A DNA stretch of 64,000 nucleotides from Camelus ferus (GCF_009834535.1 NC_045697.1:83020001-83084000); one strand, 5' to 3'. Positions 27,775 through 40,300 are shown, counted from the stretch's first letter. Notes: a model not told the origin generated them from the letters alone. Made by a program: numbers and translations.

Positions 27775-28200
27775 AAATCACATGACTCTGAATGCAGGTA
27801 AGAAAGTGAGAAAAGGGAATATTCACCCAGTGGTATCAGTGATTTCTGAATGGAAATAGGCACTTTTTGATAAAAGTAAATCATCTCATCGCTCTAGGTC
27901 TTATACATGTATAGAAGGAGAACTTTACAAGATGATTTATGTTAGCATCATTTATACTAAGAAACAGCTGGAGATAGACTCTGTCATGCAGTGGTCAGGA
28001 GAGAAACATAGTTAGATCTGAAAAAGATGGTTAAACAACAATATAATAAAAAGCTAACACTAAGATTTACTGACATATCATTTGGCTAAATTTAAAACTA
28101 AATGGCTATTATTTCACTGATGTAAGTATTTAAATAAATATGTGGAAAATATACATTAAAACAAGCATGTGTACTATTGAAAGGAGAATGGAGGGATGGT
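27775..28200 (+). mobile_element. Ancient L1ME-type fragment (right host of RPSA retrocopy)
   Basis: tacaagatgatttatgttagcatcatttata..aaacagctgga resembles the L1 ORF2 end/3'UTR. Confidence 0.5.
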
Positions 28201-28349
28201 TAATGGAAAAATAAAATACAAAACCAAAAGCTAGCAACAAATGGGCAACAAAGATAAAATGTTATGAACCTAGAAGAATGAATAACTCAATTTGTACTTG
28301 TGAGCCATGTTTTCTAAAACAGAAAAAAAAAACAAAACCTAGCAGGTTA

Positions 28350-28403
28350 CAATGTGGTAAACTGACTGTACTTCAATAAAAATATATTTAATATATAAAA
28401 AAA
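28350..28403 (+). mobile_element. Ultra-short (~54 bp) young L1 3' tip
   Basis: gtaaactgactgtacttcaataaaaa flanked by TSD TAGCAGGTTA at 28340-28349 and 28404-28413. Confidence 0.75.
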
Positions 28404-28869
28404 TAGCAGGTTAATTTAATTAACTTTAAAAGTGCCTGCTAGCTTCATTCAATTGCATAGTAATGTTGGTACTTGCTAATGTACATAACAATTGGGTTGT
28501 ATTCACACAAACTTCATAGAGTACGCTGCAAAGATCTAATTTGTATGTATTTGAATATACATATGAATTCAAAAATATGATACAAAATGAAATCAGCATA
28601 AAATAATTCATTTATAAGAGTTAAATTTATCTTCAAAAATTACTGATTATCTTAGTACATATAATTGATAGTGGAAAGGTATTTTAAAATATAGTGCAGA
28701 TGCAAAAGAAAAGGTACAATTAATTCAGCATATTTTAATAAACAAGTAATTATAAGCTAGTTCCAGGTTATGTTATATTTGATTCAAGAGTTTGAAAGTC
28801 ATGATTAACCGTCATCTCTAAGGCAAGATTTAGTACCCAGTTCTTCAGAATGCTTAAGGCTCCTGAAAA

Positions 28870-30185
28870 TGTCATTGACTTTCCTATACACTAGCAATGA
28901 ACAAGTGGAATTTGAAATTAAAAAAAAACATTTACATTATCACTAAAAAAAGGAAATACTTGTTAGATTTGTATCTAACAAATATGTCCAAGATCTAGAT
29001 AAGGAAAACTATAAAACTTTGATGAATAAAATGAAAGAACTAAATAAATTGAGAGATACTACATGTTTATGGATAGGAAGTCTCAATATTGTCAAGACGT
29101 CAGTTCTTCCCAACTTGATTTATAGACTCAGTGAACTCCAGTAAAAGTCACAGCAGGTTATCTCATGGATATTGAGAAACTGATGCTAAACGTTTGTAAG
29201 AGAGGTGAAGACCTTGAATAGCCAACACAGTATTGAAGGATAAGAACAAAGCTGGAAGACTGATGTTACTTGACTTCAAGACTTACTATAAAGCTACAGT
29301 AATCAAGAAAGTATGGTATTGGTAAAAGACAAATGGATCAATTGGTAAAAGACAAATGGATCAATGGAACAAGATAGGGAGCCCAGAAATACACCCACAT
29401 AAATATAGTCAACTGGTCTTTGACAAAGGAGGGAAGGCAATCCAACGGAACGAAGACAGTCTCTTCAACAAATGGTGCTGGAACAACTAGACATCCACAT
29501 GCAAAAAATGAATCTAGACAGAGGATTCATACACTTCAATAAAATTAACTCAGAATGGAACACAGACCTAAATGTAAAATGCAAAACTACAAAAATTCCA
29601 GAAGATAACATAAGAAAAAACCTAGATGTCCTTTGGTATGATAAAGACTTTTTCAATACCAATGCCAAAGGCATGATCCATGAAAAAAAATTTATAAATC
29701 TGAATTTTATTAAAATTGAAAACTTCTATTCTGTAAAAAAAAAAAAAAAAAAAAATAAGTAGAGAATGAGAACACAAGCCACAGTCTGGGAGGAAATATT
29801 TCTAAAGGTCACATCTGATAAAGAACTGTTATCCAAAACATACAAAGAACTCTTAAAACTCAACAATGAGAATACAAACAACTCAATTAAATAATGAGCC
29901 AAAGACCCTAAGAAACACATCACCAAAGAATATATATAGATGGCAAATAATCATGTGAAAAGATGCTCCACATTGTATGTCATCAGAGACCTGCCAATTA
30001 AAACAACAACTAAATACCACTACAAACCAAAATCCAGAACAGTGATACCACTAAATGCTAGAGAGGATGAGGAGCAACGGGAACACTTGTTCACTGCTGG
30101 TGAGAATGCAAAATGGTACCCTGGAAACAGTTTGGCAGTTTCTTACAAAACTAAACATACTCTCCCCATATGGTCGATCCAGCAC
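28870..30185 (+). mobile_element. L1MC-type ORF2 3' half, truncated at both ends
   Basis: Colinear with 7860-9160 (ttcctatacactagcaatgaac..gccacagtctgggaggaaatattt..cacatctgataaagaactgttatcc). Confidence 0.88.
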
Positions 30186-30199
30186 CAATATGCCTACTC

Positions 30200-30900
30200 A
30201 TTTCATGAAGTCAGGTATAGCTAGCACTAAGGATCTGACTAAGCATTTGTCTTAGCATTTCGATTGCTTCTGAGCTGACAACTGAGTTTTCTCTGTGGGC
30301 TTCATCCTAATTCTTCTTCAAAATTCTCACAGACATTTCCATAACTGGCCCAAAAAGGGAGTTGTATTGTGCAATTACCTAGGGTCTACTTTGCCTACCC
30401 ATACAGCAAAGCCATTGGCTAAAACCCAAGACTGCTTAATTATCCATACACTTCCTTGATGGCAGGAACCTAACTATTCTTCCACTGATAAACAGTTCAA
30501 CTTCTCTCATTATTCAGGCTTGCCCTTGCCTTCTTTCATCAAGGTTCTATCACCTGCGGGGCACCTTGATGCTGATTTTTCTTGTAAAATGGTCCTCCAT
30601 ACATAAACTCGTGTAAGTAAAGCAAGCATCCTGTATTGTCTAAAAGCCAGAGAGCCCTGGGCTTGGCCCACACAGCAGTGGGAGTAGGGAGGTACTCAGA
30701 GGGCTTCATTACCGACTCCACAGGGAGTAAAGCAATCTTCTCGTGTATGTGGTGACTTTCCCTGAACTCCCTCCTTCCACGTAGCATGCTGTCGATAATC
30801 GCATTTCTGCTTTATGAGTGAGTTATCATGTGCCACTCTTCCTACTGAATGTGTCTTTGACATCGCCCAAATTTGCTCAATGTAACTGGACTCAGAATTG
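30200..30900 (-). mobile_element. Ancient ERVL-class (ERV3) pol fossil: connection/RNase H region
   Basis: Minus-strand translations give HHIHEKIALLP, PTPTAVWAKP, KEGKGK and VWIIKQSWVLANGFAVWVGK (30390-30449). These align in order with recalled HERV-L pol KLHEEVAQMP, PAPMASWGVP, GEGKSSQWAEL and VRLYTDSWAVANGLAGWSGT. Confidence 0.72.
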
Positions 30901-30929
30901 AGTCCCTTCAGTTGTAACAGTGATCTCTG

Positions 30930-31070
30930 TCAATGCTGAGTAATATTTTAAGGTAGGTATAATTGATATATCCTTTTTTCTTTCAAATAATAAAGTAGAG
31001 AAATTAAGTGACCTGTACAAAACCATCCAGTTAAGATGGCACACACTGAGGTCAAACCTTGTCCTCTGCC
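30930..31070 (-). mobile_element. MIR fragment
   Basis: agagaaattaagtgacctgtacaaaaccatccag resembles the antisense MIR core. Confidence 0.5.
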
Positions 31071-31399
31071 TTTGATAATGGGTTTATTAATCTGCATCAC
31101 AAACAGCTAAATTTCTCCAAATGTTCTGTATTTGTGACAATGTTAAGTGTATACCAGTAGTACCTGCCATGTTTTGGAACAGTGTTTGCCCAGCTCATTA
31201 TTTTACTTATTCATTCATTCATTGACATTCCAAAGGTGAATTTCAACCAAGACAGTACTGAATGATCATAATTCAATACTATTGGAGCCCGAAATAATGG
31301 AGATTTCTGTACTTATTACATATAGGTTGGAAATTAGTATCTTATTAACCTATTAACCTAAATTAACTGTCTATATAATAAATAATAATGATAATACAT

Positions 31400-31812
31400 T
31401 TAGCAGTGCATTAAAGTACACACTCAAAATATCTGTGGCTTAACACAATAGAAATTTACTTCTCAATCACACAAATTCAAAAGTACATGTTGTATTCCTG
31501 ATCTGTGGCAGGAAAGGGAAAAGGCAATGGAACTGGCTGGTGACAAGCATAGTGGAACAGGGGCTGATGGAGTCTGACATCTGCAACTTGTGGTTTTCAA
31601 GGCCATCCATCACTATCCAGCAGAACCAAGAAGAGAGAAGGTGGAAAAGTTCACACTTTAACTGCTTTGGCTGGGGACACAGGCATTTCTTACATTCAGC
31701 TTTTGTTGCTAGGAAATGTTGATATGGGTCAGGCTGCCAGTTCTGAGCAGTAACTCTACACTGTGAAGAGGGATCATGATTTGTTTTTGCATCAGTAGGT
31801 GTCCCCGCCACA
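31400..31812 (-). mobile_element. MaLR LTR (MLT1J/K-like)
   Basis: aaatatctgtggcttaacacaatagaaatttacttctc.. ending in gccaca. Confidence 0.6.
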
Positions 31813-34800
31813 AACACAATGCCAATATTTTGGAAAAACTTCATGTGGGAATTTTGTCAACTCTTTAAGCAAATGAATAACCTATCACAGGAAGTGTTTT
31901 GGAGATGCTTATAACTGACGTGTACTTGTTTAGTTAGGTGCAAGTCACAAACAGAGACAAAAATTGTGGCAGGGCTAGGGATTTAGCAAAACAGAAGTAT
32001 TGTAAATTATCTGCTCCAAGCCTTAAAGCTAGCTTACGGAGTCATAAAAATGCAGCAGCAGTATTCATAAATTCCTTTTCATGGAACAAATGTAGCAATG
32101 GTACTCAAGAGAAGACGTTTTACAGCCCTGAGAGGTCCTTGTTATTCTCCACATTGATCTTTGGTTGCTTCCTGGCTGGAAGCACACGAGGCAAAAGGCT
32201 GATGAAAGTGCCAAAGCGACAGAGAAGCAAGGTGCCCAGTGCTTCCAACGACATAATGAAGATACATGTGGTTACATGAGAATTAAGCTGGTCCCAGATC
32301 AATAATGTAAATCAAAGAATAAAAAGACAAACTTGTGTTTCTCTAAAAGAAGAGTGAAACTATAGATCACAACTAATTTGTAGAGTAGTAATGCACGAAG
32401 TATGCTTAAGATCTCAAACCCTGACTAGCTTATTTGGCTGAAATTAAACACATATATCATTCTAACAAATATCTCCCAGCAGATTGTGAACTTTGGAAAT
32501 AGGAAAAGGAATTAAAGGCTATGTATTTTTTATATCTATGTTCTTCTGTCTCAGCATTCAATTATTTTTCTATCAAGAATTTATATTTTCTATTCAACAG
32601 ATGTTGATCGGCTTTTTAATAGACATTGCAAAGGTAGTGCAAAAAATGAGCTTCAAAAACAATAAACTCAACAGCTATTATTTATCTAATTTCTAAGTGA
32701 CAGGCCTATTATTCCGTTTCAAAATAGCAGGAAGGGATGAAAGAATAGGACACAATTCTTTTGCTTCACTAAAGCTGTGATCAACTGCCAGTCTCAACTA
32801 AAAACAGTGAATAGTTTTAAACAAAGAGATGCTAGCTTGCCAGAAGGAAATCCGTTAAACACATGATAACTATGGTTTATCGGAAATGCAACAGGCCAGC
32901 CTACCAGGGAGAAAAGGGAAACTTAGCAACTATTTTTTTCTTAATGCAAACTTACCCTTTATGCCAGTCTCATCTTTAACAGTAACAGAACAAAAGAATA
33001 AAACTAAGACTTATTGAGAATTATTTGAATACACATATGAATTTAAATAATCTATGTGTGGTTTATATTATTTTCCACTTATATATGTGTGTGTGTGTAT
33101 AAATAAATACACTCACACAATTTTTCAAAGGGAGGAGATAAAGGTAAAGTCCATGACATGAAGAACTAAAGGCATTTTGACTAAAAAACTCATTTTTAAA
33201 GGAAAATTACCCCATGAAAGGAGGAGTGTGAATGTCAGTGAGCCATGTTTTATAAACTACATTTTTGTAATTATAAGTTGTATTTATATTTAGACTTTTA
33301 AATTCACAAGTTCCTAAATAAAAATTACATTCCACAGTACACATCCTTTGTAGTTAGTGGGAGTCTGGCTCAACCATTGTATTCATTATAGGAGCAGGCC
33401 CTGATTCTCCAAAACATGTCTTTTTTTTCCTAGTGATATTTTTCATTCTTCCATTGATTTCCAACCTGGAAACTCATTCTTGCTCTCCAACACATAAAAG
33501 TTGACTTCTGTGGGTTTATTGCCTCAGTTGTCCCAGAAATTGTTTATAGTTTTTAATTGGGTAATTAAAAGAAAGGAATGCTTTAATTTTAACTTAGGAG
33601 TAATTCAACTTAGACTTATGGTTCTACAACAAGGAGATCTAATTTCTGAGTTTCTCTAAAACACATCTATATGAAGGTCCCAGCCTGTCTACTTGATGTG
33701 AAAGACGGCTCTCTAGAGAAGGTTGATGTCCATTGCTTAAACAGCTCAGAGGCCTATAGGCTGTGATTTCCATTCAAGAAAAGAGTAAGTGAGAGCCAGA
33801 ATTTCCCGGCTAAGATCCTGAACAAATTGTTTTTACATTGTTGCAATATTAGTACATCTACAAATAAAAATTTCTAGTTGTCTGCATATGAACTTTCAAC
33901 AGTCAACTATTTCATGGTTTTGGAAAGGTCTTACAAAGTCATACTAAGTTGGGTGAATCTGCCATGAAAATGTTTCTAAAGACTCAAGTGCTCCTAAAAG
34001 TTTTCATAAATACTTCTGAAATTCTTCCTACCTCTATGAAAATATAAGTTTAAAAAATTAAGATAATTATGTGCAAAGTATGAATTTAATTACATTTTAT
34101 ATGAGTAGTGAATATGAATTGGATTATTTCTAATGGACTTTTAAACTCATGAAAATAAAAATGAGATTGAGTACCTGTATTTATTTCCTATTGCTGCTTT
34201 ACCAAACTGCCATAAATGTATGGCTTTAAATCCAAAAGTCCAGAATTACCTGTGATATATTTTAAGGTGACAATAGTTTGGCAGATTTTGTTTTTCTTAA
34301 ACCTAAACTATGCTTCACATTTATCACAAATTGAATGAAAATACTTTAAAAAGGAATAATTTCAAATGGAAGTAATAGTAATAATAGTATTATTTCAACA
34401 AATGACTTTTATCATTTACTTCTAATTTGCTTTCCCTTAAACTTACATCAACATACTGCTCTATTTGTCACTCCATTTGAAATCAACTTTCCTGTGTATG
34501 TTTGTGTGTTCTTCCTTCTGCAGCGTTCTCTCAACCCACAGAATATGTCTAACAATACTTTTCTGAAGCTGTGCACTGTTTCTAAGATCACCAAATGTGA
34601 TTTCTTGAGAATCAAATTAATAGTTTTGTTAAGGTTTCACCAACTCTTGAGAGAACAGGAATGACACCTGTCATAAATTACCAAAGAAATTTAGCACAAA
34701 CAGAAGAAACAGCAGTTAGTTTTTTCTAAGAAACCCTAAATTCAGTCTGTCTGGGGGAAACAGCATATAATCTATCCTGATGTTTCTATAAATATTGGAA

Positions 34801-35239
34801 GAGAATAATGCACTGCAGAGGCAGCATATTATATTATACACTGTGGCATTTTGCGATTAATATGATAGTAGGACACTCAGTCATAGCTATCAGTAGCCCT
34901 CAAGTCAGTCTTGCAGAAGGCAGAGTGGCTCATTAGGAACAAGATGAAAAAGACAAATCCAAAAATAAAGGAAAATTGAATTCAGGAATGTCTCAGTTTT
35001 AACCAAAGTCATTTTCAGGAGAAATTAGAACAACTTACAAATATTTGGAAAATTGTGTTGTAGAAAAGATAGTACTCTCATCCTATGGGGCCCCAAATGG
35101 CAGAATTGAAATCATTATAATAAAACTATAGGGAAATAGATTTCAGCTCAATAAAATAGAGCCAGGCATCATAGACTGAGCAGGTCACCTTGGAAAAAAA
35201 ATCAGTTTCACAAGACAAGAGACATTACAGATGGTAGAT

Positions 35240-36200
35240 AGAGTGGGCCAATAGGTAATGTAATAGGGAAGAACAAATCTGGCTTCATATTGGATCTGTT
35301 TCTTTCACTTTAACCTTGTATTCTATTGCTTTTGCTGCAAGCTAATCACGAAAGGGATATTGCCAATATCTGAAAGTATACATAATGACCCATCTCCTGG
35401 AACTCTGCCTCCCATGCCTGAGTTTTAGACTAAAACACCTTTATTTAAGCTCACAGGAAACATCCTAACCAGGTCCACCTGTGAATGGCTGGAGGCAAGA
35501 AGAAATTAACACAACCCTTCCAGAGCCTGGCCAAAACCAGGAAACATTTGCAACAACTTATGGCCTTTATATTTTACCTCCTAACCTCCCCTGTCTTTGT
35601 TCTATAAAAGAAGCTAGCATCCAGACCCTGGCAAGATGGTTCTTTGGGACACTAGTCCACCATCTTCGCAGTCAGCTGGCTTTCTGAACAAGGTCACTAT
35701 GCCTTGTTCCAACAACTCCTCTCTCAATTTATTGGCCTGTCCTGTCATGTGGCAAGTGGTATAAGCTGGGACTCAGTAACAGTAGCCCCCCAAAAGGTAC
35801 GCCCAAATCTTAATCTCTGAAACCTATTAAAGTTGCCTTATTTGGAGAAAGAATCTTTGCAGATGTAATTAAGATCCAGGTCAGATTTTCCAAACTGGCC
35901 CAAAATTCAAGGAGAAAGGACCTTATGAGAGACATACAGACAAGTCAGGCACAGAAGAGAAGGTGATTGTGAAGATGAAAGAGAAACTGGAGTGCTGTGG
36001 CCACAACCCAAGGAAGCCAGCAACCACTAGCATCTAGAAGCATGGAAAGAATGTGGCTCTAGAGTGTCTGTAGGGAGGCCTTCCCTGCTGACAACTGGAT
36101 TTTGGACTTCGGGCCTCCAGAACTATGAAGGAATAAAGCTCCGTAATTTTAAGCCACCAAGTTTGTGGTAATTTGTTGTGGAAGCTACAGGAAACACAAA
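35240..36200 (+). mobile_element. MaLR LTR (MLT1C-like), interrupted near its 5' end by the ERV1 LTR
   Basis: ccccccaaaag..ccttatttggagaaagaatctttgcagatgtaattaag..ggcctccagaactatga..tttaagccaccaagtttgtggtaatttgtt. Confidence 0.85.
35259..35781 (+). mobile_element. ERV1-class solo LTR, MER34/MER39-like
   Basis: TGTAAT..GTAACA ends; TSD GTAA (35255-35258) / GTAG (35782-35785). TATAAAA at ~35603. U5 gggacactagtccaccatctt..tttattggcctgtc..ggactcagtaaca. Confidence 0.85.
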
Positions 36201-37466
36201 GCTGATGAGCATTCATCTAGAATGTAAAAGTTATTCAAACACTGATAGAAAGTTATACTATATGATGTTTACATTCTTCCTCCTAAAACGTCCTACCATC
36301 TTTTTGAACATTTTCAGAAATTTATCCATCAACCTAGAGCCACTGATGCTATTTCCAATAATTTCCAAAAAAGGAAATTTAGGACGATTACTCTGTTTCA
36401 GATGGTTAGCATTTAAAATAAATTCTATGAGAACATTTTCCCCATGGAAATTATGGTGGAACTAGTAAAAATTTCAGAAAACTGCAGACTATTTACAAAA
36501 ATGTCTAACACATTACCTAGTACACAAAGTTTTCATATATTTTCTTTTCCTTTCATCTTGTTTTTATTTTCCACACTGTAAGCAACCATATGCACTCTCT
36601 ATAAATTCCAAATAAATTTAATCTGCTATAGAAAAATAGTATAGTTAGAAAAAAATAAAAGTAAAAACTTCTATAATGTTTCTCTCTAGGGTCCATGTTT
36701 CTTATTTTATACTTTAGCTTTGCTAGTTTCTCTAACAAGATTAAAAACACTTGGCAGAACTATTAGTCTCCCTTTAATTAGAAGGAAAAAAAAAAAACTT
36801 GTGCATAGTTTCAAGAGGTTTTTTGTTGTTGTTTAGAGTGAACTTGACCTAATTTCTCGGTTTGCCATCATGCCTAAAGAAGCACAAGGGATTCCCAGCA
36901 AAGAGTGCAGAAAGTATTGTTTCACCTTGAGGACATGCAAGCTTTTGTGCCCAGGCTTATGTAGCTAAATACCTGCATGATACACACTTGGGTAAATAAT
37001 TTGTGTAAAAGGACAACTGAACTTGAGTTTTCTTCCTAGAACTCACCACAGCAGAACTGTAAAAGATTAGGATTTTATTTTCTTTCAAACATTGCTTGGA
37101 ATGTTTTCTTGGCAGCAATGCAGATAAATTATTGCAGAGTATTTAGGAATCATTTGCATGAATAGAGATGATATTATTCAAATGTTTGACTTAAGCTTTG
37201 GTGGTCTATCTGAAACTGCCAAATGTCATTGATAATTGAGTGGAAGGAAATGTTAGTATGAAATAGTCCAAGTTCCTAATCCAAAAGCTTTTTCAAATTA
37301 TTTTTGGAATGGTAAATAATGCTTTTATCTCCAGTGATTCCCTATTAAAACACATTTTGGTTTGATAAGTTGGCCTTCTCTATAGGCACCTGGCAAAAAG
37401 AAAAGGCTGGTAAAATATATACATAAAAGGATCATCAAGCTGTCATCACAAGTTAGAAACCATCAA

Positions 37467-37740
37467 GACTCACAGACATAGTAAACAATCCTGTGCTTAC
37501 TGGGAGTAACAGGTGCGAAGGGATAAACTGGGATTTTGAGAATTGCTAATATTAACTACTATACATAAATAGACAAAAAAAATTCTTCTGTATAGCACAG
37601 GAAACTGTATTCAATATCTTATAGTAACCTATAATAAAAAAATATGAAAATGAATATATGTATGCATATTTATGACTAAAACATTATGCTGTACACCAGA
37701 AACTGACACATTACAACAGACTATACTTCAATTAAAAGGT
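37467..37740 (+). mobile_element. 5'-truncated young camelid-type L1 3' end
   Basis: Paralogous to 24572-25002. TSD AAACCATCAA at 37457-37466 and 37741-37750. Confidence 0.88.
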
Positions 37741-38984
37741 AAACCATCAAAATTTCCTGTAGATAAATTATAATTTGCTTTTTTTGTTTGTTTTCCTGAA
37801 TCACATCATTAAATGGCATTCCAGAGATCATAAATAATATATTTTCTCTCGTGTGTGTGTGTTTATGCACATTTGTAGGTAAGAAAATAATTCCTTGATA
37901 AACAACACAGAAAACAAAACTGACAGAAAAAAGTTCTTGCTAACCCTGTCTCCCTAAATTTCACTCTTGACTTTGAGCATACAATTTGCAAATGAGTACT
38001 TCATTCTCTTGAAAATCTCCTAGAATGGCTGAGGCAGGTTGAAACAAGCAAACATACACACATAAATGTACTCAGGTGTATAGAAATTTAAGATATAGTG
38101 AGAGGATAAATAAAAATCAATATGGATAACTTTAAAGAGCCTCTATATCAATCAGAAGAGAGAGCCCTCAGATGTTCGATAACTTAGAGCAGTTCAGAAC
38201 CACAGGACAGGATTATAACCATGATTATATTGGTGAAGTCACTCTATCCTTTCTGTACTGCTCTACACATTTCTCCCACAAATTCACCATTCCACTATTG
38301 ACATTTCTTACAATCCATGCCTGCTATGATCACTGGATCCCCAAGTTCATCATGAGTAAACTCTCCCTAATCCTCTACCTCCTCACAGGTGATTTTATAC
38401 ATCCCCTTGTCCTTCACATCTCCTTGTTCCTAAAAGATACTACTTTTCGTGCAGCCATCTTCAGTGGTGGCTGTTCCTCCTACAGCTGTATCAGTCACGC
38501 GCAGTGCTGGCATCTTCCCTTTAGATGACAGAACACCTCTTCTGCACTCTAGTGATACCCAGCCAAATGGACCAATGATGTATTCCTTGCTTTGACTCCT
38601 TATTTGCTTTCCATTCTGCTGGATCATGGATCCATGTCTGTTTTTTATTTGTTTGTTTGTTTATATTCTACTATCACCAGAACATTTAACAGCCCTCCTT
38701 TTTGCATTTTTAGGTGTTAACCCAACTTGTATTGTGGCTACAACTGACCTTATCTAACATTATGCTCAAAAATAGAAATTCTAAATGGGATGAAAATAGA
38801 TCATGCTTTTTCAGTCCTTAACACTTTTCATTTAACTATTTATTTTATCAGTTTCCCCCTCTCAAAAAAAAAAAAATACCCTCCAACTTTAACATATTTC
38901 TCCAGACTTTCAGAGTTTGGTAAGAAAAGAAAACCATTACCATCCCCTAGTTTACCAGAGCCCAGGAGTCTTATAGCCACTAGG

Positions 38985-39277
38985 TGGGCTAAGTTGGGAG
39001 TTCAGGATTTGCAGATACTATTATATATAAAATAGATAAGCAACAAGGTCCTACTGTGTTGCACAGGGAACTATATTCAATACCTTGCAATAGCCTATAG
39101 TGAAAAAGAATATATATATAAATTAAATAGTCCCCTGTGACCTCAGAGAAATGCTAAGTCTCCTGTGTGATATATATATATATATATCTGAATAACTATA
39201 ATGTATGCCAGAAATTAACACAACATTGTAAACTGACTATACTTCAGTAAAAACAAAACAAAACAAAACAACAAACA
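38985..39277 (+). mobile_element. 5'-truncated artiodactyl/camelid L1 3' end with a (CAAAA)n tail
   Basis: ttgggagttcaggatttgcagatac..gcacagggaactatattcaatacc..ttgtaaactgactatacttca. Confidence 0.85.
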
Positions 39278-39279
39278 GA

Positions 39280-39540
39280 AGGGCTTCCATAGGAACTAGA
39301 TGCACAGAGGAAATACAGCCTTTACCAAGGATACAGACAGAATCAGGAAAAAAAAATTGGGAAGATGTGCTCTGGCTTCTTTGTTTCTTTCCAGCCTCTG
39401 TTCTCTCCCTGTGACATTAGCCAGAGCCAATGAACAAGGGAACTTGGGATACAGTGCTGTGGTGAGCCTCTAGCTACTCAGAGTAGAGCAGAGGAAGGGC
39501 AAGAAATTGATTCCAGAGCAATCATGCAAATGACCAGCAA
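39280..39540 (-). mobile_element. Old MaLR LTR fragment (MLT1K/L/N-like)
   Basis: agccaatgaacaaggga..agcagaggaagggcaaga..gcaaatgaccagca. Confidence 0.45.
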
Positions 39541-40044
39541 CCCAGCAACGGTGAATGAGTCAGGGCCTTTCTGCAGGCTATTTTTTGGGTTTTGGAATAA
39601 CTTTGCCCAACCTTGAGATTGCTTCTATGTACTCTTCTCTGATACCACCAGAGAGACACTATTTTCTACCTGCTATATATTTCCCTTGTTCTGCCTTCAA
39701 CTGAAATATATTTGCTCAATGTGTTCATTTTTGTCTGCTGAATATTTGCTGTTTCTAAATAACAGTTTAGAACTTACGAATTCCAGTAAAATCAGAAAGG
39801 AAACAAATTGAGCTTTGAAATATTTTGTCCCCAAATCACTATACTCATGTCTAAGATAAGCAAGTACAACTTAATAGACTCCATCTCATGGCTCCTGCTA
39901 GCCATAGAGATAATGCTCTCTTTTTCCATAATGCAAAAATGCCCACATTTTAATCTCCCTTTGTTTGAAGACAATTAAAAGTGAAACTGTTATACTTCTT
40001 CCTATACTCCTAAGATTATAGCCTAGGGACATATCTGACTCACA

Positions 40045-40300
40045 GCTGGCGAGGTGCTGCAGTGCAGCAGGAAGCAGACAGGTTCAAAAGTCAGACTCTG
40101 TAGATTGGAATTCTGACTCCATTACTACCAACAACTTACCTTCGCCAAGTTATTTAACCTCAGTGTGCCACAGTTCCCATATCATAAAATAGGATGAATA
40201 ATAATCTAATTTATAAGTTTATGGTAAAATTTAAAAGAGCTAAGATCAGTAAAAATCTTTGAAAAGCACCTGTACGTGGTATGCACTATATAAGTGTTTA
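40045..40300 (+). mobile_element. MIR SINE
   Basis: attctgactccattact..ccttcgccaagttatttaacctcagtgtgccacagttcccatatcataaaatagg..tatgcactatataagtgtt. Confidence 0.8.

Noticed and set aside
31938..32279. 113-aa ORF in non-repeat DNA
   Set aside because: GTG start, no recognisable domain or splice context. One ORF of this length in 64 kb is unremarkable.
38172..38528. 118-aa ORF containing LLTGDFIH, reminiscent of the APE-endonuclease GDFN motif of L2
   Set aside because: Only a single short motif match. It may be a very decayed LINE relic, but I cannot support that or a gene call without a profile search.
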